This document shows positions 61,201 to 64,000 of a stretch of 64,000 bases of DNA, in pieces (position 1 is the stretch's first letter; each line of letters opens with the position of its first letter). The notes under the pieces were generated by a model, which was not told the DNA's origin, searched no databases, and was given only the letters and a program-made list of their open reading frames with translations. The translations under genes and the position numbers were made by a program. The stretch is from positions 20,234,210 through 20,298,209 of the forward strand of contig NC_134030.1 of NCBI RefSeq assembly GCF_964204645.1, in the 5' to 3' direction. Source of the DNA: Tubulanus polymorphus. Lineage: Eukaryota > Animalia > Nemertea.

Positions 61201-63868
61201 GGATCCACCAGGTGTCACTAGTTTGCAGTAGGAAATCAACTTCTGACACGGTAGAGGATTCCACTTGTGGCAAGTGAGGATCCACTAGATGCCGCTAGTG
61301 TGCAGAAGGACATCAACTACTGCGGCAATAGAGGATTCCACTAGTGGCAAGTGAGGATCCACCAGGTGTCGCTAGTGTGCAGTAGGACATCAACTACTGC
61401 GACAACAGGGGATTCCACTTGTGGCAAGTGAGGATTAACCAGGTGTCACTAGTGTGCAGTAGGACATCAACTACTGCGACAACAGGGGATTTCACCTGTG
61501 GTAAGTGAGGATCCACTAGGTGTCGCTAGTGTCTAGACGAATGCCCGATTTCAAGTGAAATCTATCTATCATTTTTTCAAATTAACGAAGAAAATTATAA
61601 GCTATAGATCGTAAAGATCAATGCGAGTTGATCTTAAGACATTATTTACCTGATTTTTCTATGTGACGCCCAAAAAACTACATCCTCCCCGGCAGGGATT
61701 CGAACCTGATGGCATCGAGATTGCCACGGTTAGAAACCATGCCACACTAGACTGGAGTGCGAAGCTACACGCGCAGCTAAGATGATGTCATTATCAGCCA
61801 ATCAGATACCCGGTTTTATTTTAGCACGGGTTTTACCATTTATAGTTCTTCCGTGAAATTAATCTCAGAGATTATACAACAAGCAATTGGTGTCGCAACT
61901 ATTCAAAGCTGCGCATGTACCTGCGCACCCGGTCTAGTGTGGCAGGGGTTCGTGCCGTGGCTGAGTGTAGCGATGCTATCAGGTTCGAATCCCTGCCGAG
62001 GGAGGATGTAAAAACTAAGATCAACGATGTACAGTTGAAAATGAACTTAAGTTTCATCCAACTCTCTTGATGACCACGTTGCTACTAATCACACTTACCC
62101 GGTAGAGAGCGAATTTAGGTAATGGTTTACCGGTAGCTTCGCACACTATCGTTACTCCTTTCTGAGCGATCGCCGGATTCAACAATTTCGGTTTCATCGT
62201 TATCTTCGGCGGAGCTACGAAAAAAAGAGGAGTTCACCGTGAAATAGAGAAGTCGGACCGACGGGAACTGGGTGACCCGCGCGTCGGTTCCTATAGCGAA
62301 TATATAGACAACGGCTGCGATCACACGAGCGTTTGGAGCGAACAACTGTTCACACGGGTGCCCGAATGTGCCCGTGTCCGTTTGGCCCGAGCAAAAACTT
62401 CGGCCCAGGAAAGAGCCAAATTTTAGCACGGGACAAATGCTTGTGTTTGAACTGCAACTGATTCCGGGAATCACCCACTTCGCTTTGTTTAAGCATTGTT
62501 GATATCGAGTGAGTGGTTTGCGCGTGAACGCGCTCACTATATAGGCACGGGCCAAATTTGGACAGACCAAAAACGTCGGACCAGGCCCGAGCCAAATTTT
62601 AGCACCATACAAACGATTGCCTTTGAATTGCAACTAGCACCGGAAAGGATCCACTTCGCTTTGTTTGAGCATTGTTCAGTATCGAGTCAGTGGTTTGCGT
62701 GTGAACGCGCTCTCTAATTCGATACGGGCAAAATCTGAATCATCTGCGTGTGATCGCGGTCAATGACAGCTAGATTTCATACTTACTGTACACTTCGACT
62801 GTGATAGCTCGCGGCTGTATGTCTCCTTTCAGTTCGACCTCAGCCGTACACGTATAGATTCCGTTATCGGCTTCGGTCATGTTCTTTATACTCAATCCTT
62901 TATTACCGATCTGATATCTGTCACCTGGTTCAAAATAGTATATTCATATGAAAAACATTGACTAGAATTCACGTCAAATAAGATTCTGTCATGAGAACTT
63001 AGGCCTCATAGGCCAGTAGCGCGGGGTGTCAAGGGACCCCAAGGGGGTTACGACAAACCGCCCAAAATCTGAAAAGGTCCGCATTTAGCATTTGGAAAAC
63101 AAATTTTCAGAAACTTTGGCCTCGTCCTACATACTCCCGCAGCAATTGACCTACAGGTACTTAGGAATAACATAAATAAGAGACCTTGATCTGCAAGCAT
63201 TTTGCAATCCGAAAGGGAATGCTTCAGGGTTCATATAGTGTTCATGACCAATCTTATTTAATGACTTACAAGGACTCTTTTTACTCTGAGGGATCATTCA
63301 TTTATTACGTTCGCATTAGGGGAGGGGGAGGGGTCAGTGCGATTGCATACGGTAATGCTTAATGTATATAAAAGAATGGCCGATTTTGCGTACAGAGGGG
63401 GAGGGTAGGTTAAAAAATTCAAATTTTATGCGTACGTAATAAATGAATGATCCCCGATTCCAGGAATCATATATATCATATAATCGTCATGCTTAAAGCA
63501 GGAATCATGAAATCTTTGTGCATGTCCAAAAGCTTCAAATTATATTGGTGTGGCAAGACAGACACCGATCGAGGACCGTGATCATGATTAAAGGATTTTA
63601 GAGGCCACGAAATCAGTCATGCTGCAGACCCTGAGGTGCTTCCAATCAGCAAAACCACCGGATGATATCATCGGGACCGAACACGCCATAAGATACCACC
63701 GGCGGATAGACTTACCGATAGTAATTGGTCGTCTGGGACTGTTCTCATTTTTACGGTAGGACCACGTGACCTGCGGAGCCGGCGAACCGCTCACGACGCA
63801 CCTGATCAACCCGTCCTGGTAAATAGCCGGATGTTGTTCCCTCGCGCAATCGTCCCACGTTATTTTCT
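33027..63868 (-). CDS. NCAM: NCAM / Fasciclin-2-like cell adhesion molecule, transmembrane isoform (5' end outside window)
   Basis: Phase-consistent exons 63868-63716, 62924-62787, 62214-62099, 61017-60849, 60320-60172, 59249-59108, 58513-58305, 57756-57639 (4 Ig), 53795-53625, 52687-52568, 52037-51910, 51229-51025 (2 FN3), 42480-42276 (TM), 40734-40639, 35440-35363, 34334-34259, 33161-33027 (stop). Juxtamembrane IDVSCYFMNECGILNHICVNFCGK...MEEG matches the NCAM family motif. Confidence 0.9.
33345..33545. mobile_element. Degenerate copy of the hammerhead/Penelope-like element
   Basis: Inverted pair tttcgactatatcctaacagtcatctt / ctgatgatgactattaggatattatcgaaacgttgaataaac. Confidence 0.55.
33975..34232. 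mobile_element. MITE with cagggg.ggatct TIRs
   Basis: ggtat|caggggtggatctag...ctagatccgcccctg|ggtat. Confidence 0.6.
34259..34334 (-). CDS. NCAM/Fas2 cytoplasmic exon
   Basis: MDNDKRLMLENQDELEPDEKSPLTG, phase 2-0. Confidence 0.78.
34616..34885. mobile_element. piggyBac-like MITE
   Basis: ccctttcagtgc...gcactgaaaggg|TTAA. Confidence 0.7.
35363..35440 (-). CDS. NCAM/Fas2 cytoplasmic exon
   Basis: LKKAQAQEEAELNNERNAYKESEAQ, phase 2-2, gtaag donor. Confidence 0.78.
35765..36020. repeat. ~31-bp minisatellite
   Basis: ctgccagattggacgtccattctgagtaagt. Confidence 0.9.
36872..37412 (-). repeat. 109-bp tandem repeat (~5 units)
   Basis: Reverse complement of the 30870 unit. Confidence 0.92.
40639..40734 (-). 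CDS. NCAM/Fas2 cytoplasmic exon
   Basis: SKELVKEEEAPPSDDDSKPPDATDQMAIDEKE, phase 2-2, gtgag donor. Confidence 0.8.
41948..42143 (+). mobile_element. Second Penelope-like family (GATCTC stem II) with complete hammerhead at 42030-42071 (-)
   Basis: Minus strand ACAC-CTGACGA-T-GATCTC(TAGTAT)GAGATC-GAAAC-GTC^GTGT; flanking near-direct repeat ctagttc/tcaagat; relatives at 1650-1905 and 22585-22840. Confidence 0.68.
42276..42480 (-). CDS. NCAM/Fas2 transmembrane exon
   Basis: MSTGTIIAIVITVFLIFLIIIDVSCYFMNECGILNHICVNFCGK...MEEG. Confidence 0.93.
42655..42740 (+). mobile_element. tRNA-derived SINE head
   Basis: tggcatggtgg A box and ggttcgaatcc B box, cloverleaf does not close. Confidence 0.45.
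43426..43555. mobile_element. Harbinger-like MITE family D
   Basis: CAG|ggcccagtttcac...gtgaaactgggcc|CAG; copy at ~41082-41189. Confidence 0.62.
46830..47285. repeat. Degenerate ~18-20-bp minisatellite
   Basis: ctctatccactagcccatt / ctctatccactgagtcc. Confidence 0.85.
47843..48220 (+). repeat. 77-bp tandem repeat (~5 units)
   Basis: gttgatgtcctact register at 47852, 47929, 48006, 48083, 48160. Confidence 0.92.
48311..48444 (-). CDS. Alternative terminal exon encoding a GPI-anchor-like signal (NCAM/Fas2)
   Basis: tttgtaatttcag| in phase 1 gives ASIGETGPVLASKATRHHLDRVVVVVALLLPVVVISTATSTVLL*: small residues, polar spacer, C-terminal hydrophobic run. Confidence 0.72.
48600..48873. mobile_element. 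piggyBac-like MITE
   Basis: TTAA|ccttttcagtgc...gcactgaaaggg|TTAA. Confidence 0.72.
49490..50000. repeat. 31-bp minisatellite (~16 units)
   Basis: ctagacaaatattttatgtactagactgccc. Confidence 0.95.
50459..50585. mobile_element. Harbinger-like MITE family C
   Basis: gggccagttgctcaaaagttgg...ccaacttttgagca.c.ggccc; copies at ~24268-24375, 30748-30864, 44000-44168. Confidence 0.62.
51025..51229 (-). CDS. NCAM/Fas2 FN3-2 exon
   Basis: YVLSDLKPNTYYQARVFAVNDRGWS...FRTLS, ends in phase 1. Confidence 0.9.
51616..51896. mobile_element. piggyBac-like MITE (diverged)
   Basis: TTAA flanks, same internal sequence as the other copies. Confidence 0.62.
51910..52037 (-). CDS. NCAM/Fas2 FN3-2 exon
   Basis: REPDAV...LGWKKPQNGGLMINSYKIEYRQ. 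Confidence 0.9.
52137..52545 (-). mobile_element. L2-like LINE 3' end with (TTA)n tail, interrupted by a family B MITE
   Basis: FGSRAF...GPTLWNQLP-like remnant, agcgct...agcgct 3' stem, (TTA)n tail. Confidence 0.6.
52568..52687 (-). CDS. NCAM/Fas2 FN3-1 exon
   Basis: LKNLQSETLYLVKVMAINDVG. Confidence 0.9.
52872..53460 (-). repeat. 109-bp tandem repeat (~5 units)
   Basis: Same family. Confidence 0.92.
53625..53795 (-). CDS. NCAM/Fas2 FN3-1 exon
   Basis: RPEDP...KPKKDGGVPIKGYQMTW (GGVPI..Y motif). Confidence 0.9.
53861..54299. mobile_element. MITE with ggg.tggccac TIRs
   Basis: Related copies at ~33549-33803, ~59430-60100 (with nested piggyBac-like MITE) and ~51255. Confidence 0.5.
54360..57630. 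repeat. ~30-33-bp minisatellite with a 14-bp palindromic core (~100 units)
   Basis: ctgtattaatacag plus cat(a/g)caaac and a CA-rich variable linker. Confidence 0.96.
57639..57756 (-). CDS. NCAM/Fas2 Ig domain exon
   Basis: VKIRPGMESWIFGPYECRASNKL. Confidence 0.88.
58305..58513 (-). CDS. NCAM/Fas2 Ig domain exon
   Basis: YPPEF...YHWPGHVKNITCEVYAEPRPSFSW (NCAM Ig5-like W.G...NITCEV.A.P). Confidence 0.9.
59108..59249 (-). CDS. NCAM/Fas2 Ig domain exon
   Basis: NDKRIQIVSKTGELFIKNVSRFDTGNYTCIARNAGG. Confidence 0.9.
59538..59824. mobile_element. piggyBac-like MITE
   Basis: TTAA|ccttttcagtgc...gcactgaaaggg|TTAA; partial copies at 44510-44700 and 18110-18140. Confidence 0.72.
60172..60320 (-). 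CDS. NCAM/Fas2 Ig domain exon
   Basis: EPPRI...GEDVSLHCEVQAKPAATIEF. Confidence 0.88.
60410..60540 (-). ncRNA. Hammerhead motif (GUC site) in about 1.6 copies of the 69-bp unit
   Basis: Minus strand TATTC-CTGAAGA-TGACTATTAGGATATAGTC-GAAAC-GTC^GAATA, same unit junction as the 19-kb array. Confidence 0.7.
60550..60790. repeat. Degenerate (GACC/GACT)n tetranucleotide repeat
   Basis: Low-complexity gacc/gact/aacc run. Confidence 0.7.
60849..61017 (-). CDS. NCAM/Fas2 Ig domain exon
   Basis: FTIWNLESSDSGDYICEAKN. Confidence 0.9.
61155..61532 (-). repeat. 77-bp tandem repeat (~5 units)
   Basis: Reverse complement of the 47843 unit. Confidence 0.92.
61681..62009. mobile_element. MITE with long TIRs containing a B-box-like ggttcgaatccc
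   Basis: catcctcc.cggcagggattcgaacctgat / atcaggttcgaatccctgccgagggaggatg; flanking aaaaacta repeat. Confidence 0.68.
62099..62214 (-). CDS. NCAM/Fas2 Ig domain exon
   Basis: PPKIT...VTIVCEATGKPLPKF. Confidence 0.88.
62318..62758. mobile_element. MITE with internal direct duplication
   Basis: gcgatcacacg / cgtgtgatcgc ends; gagccaaattttagcac...gtgaacgcgctc duplicated. Confidence 0.55.
62787..62924 (-). CDS. NCAM/Fas2 Ig domain exon
   Basis: DRYQIGNKGLSIKNMTEADNGIYTCTAEV (DxGxYxC). Confidence 0.9.
63290..63454. mobile_element. Small MITE
   Basis: gggatcattcatttattacgt / acgtaataaatgaatgatccc TIRs. Confidence 0.62.
63716..63868 (-). CDS. NCAM/Fas2 Ig domain exon
   Basis: KITWDDCAREQHP...IRCVVSGSPAPQVTW, phase 1-1. 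Confidence 0.9.
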
Positions 63869-64000
63869 CTGCAAAGAATATCGGAATCAAATTGTAGGTA
63901 AATGGCGCGTATTTCTATTAAGCATTCAATTCAAAGAGCATGAAGTTCATTATGTGGCATAGTGTGGCTTGGCATAGTGTGGCTTGCATTTTGGTTAAAC

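Noticed and set aside
62127-62633. Longest ORF in the track (168 aa)
   Set aside because: Runs through a MITE with an internal duplication and overlaps the true exon in the wrong frame

Overview
AT-rich eukaryotic (invertebrate, probably lophotrochozoan-type) genomic DNA with two intron-rich genes on the minus strand, both rebuilt exon by exon from GT/AG sites and phase continuity. (1) ~24.0 kb to <0.25 kb: a secreted mosaic astacin (M12A) metalloprotease, with signal peptide, acidic prodomain, RVKR furin site, astacin domain (HEIGHALGCQHEHSRVDRD), EGF, ApeC (apextrin C-terminal), CUB, kringle, ShK, CCP/sushi, C-type lectin and a second ShK. It probably runs off the left edge. Its Met-turn reads SKLHY instead of SxMHY and its ApeC lacks the DxED motifs. 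(2) >64 kb to 33.0 kb: an NCAM/Fasciclin-2 orthologue (4 Ig and 2 FN3 domains visible), with an alternative GPI-type terminal exon versus a TM exon plus acidic cytoplasmic exons. Introns hold many MITEs (Harbinger-, piggyBac-, Tc1-, Kolobok-like), SINE and L2 fragments and minisatellites. The most striking non-coding signal is a set of small TSD-flanked, Penelope-LTR-like retroposed elements carrying minimal type I hammerhead ribozymes. In one of them (19.2-21.0 kb, a long 5' intron of the astacin gene) the ribozyme is amplified into a 23 x 69-bp tandem array on the pre-mRNA strand; 11 units keep an intact catalytic core and 12 carry the same core mutation.
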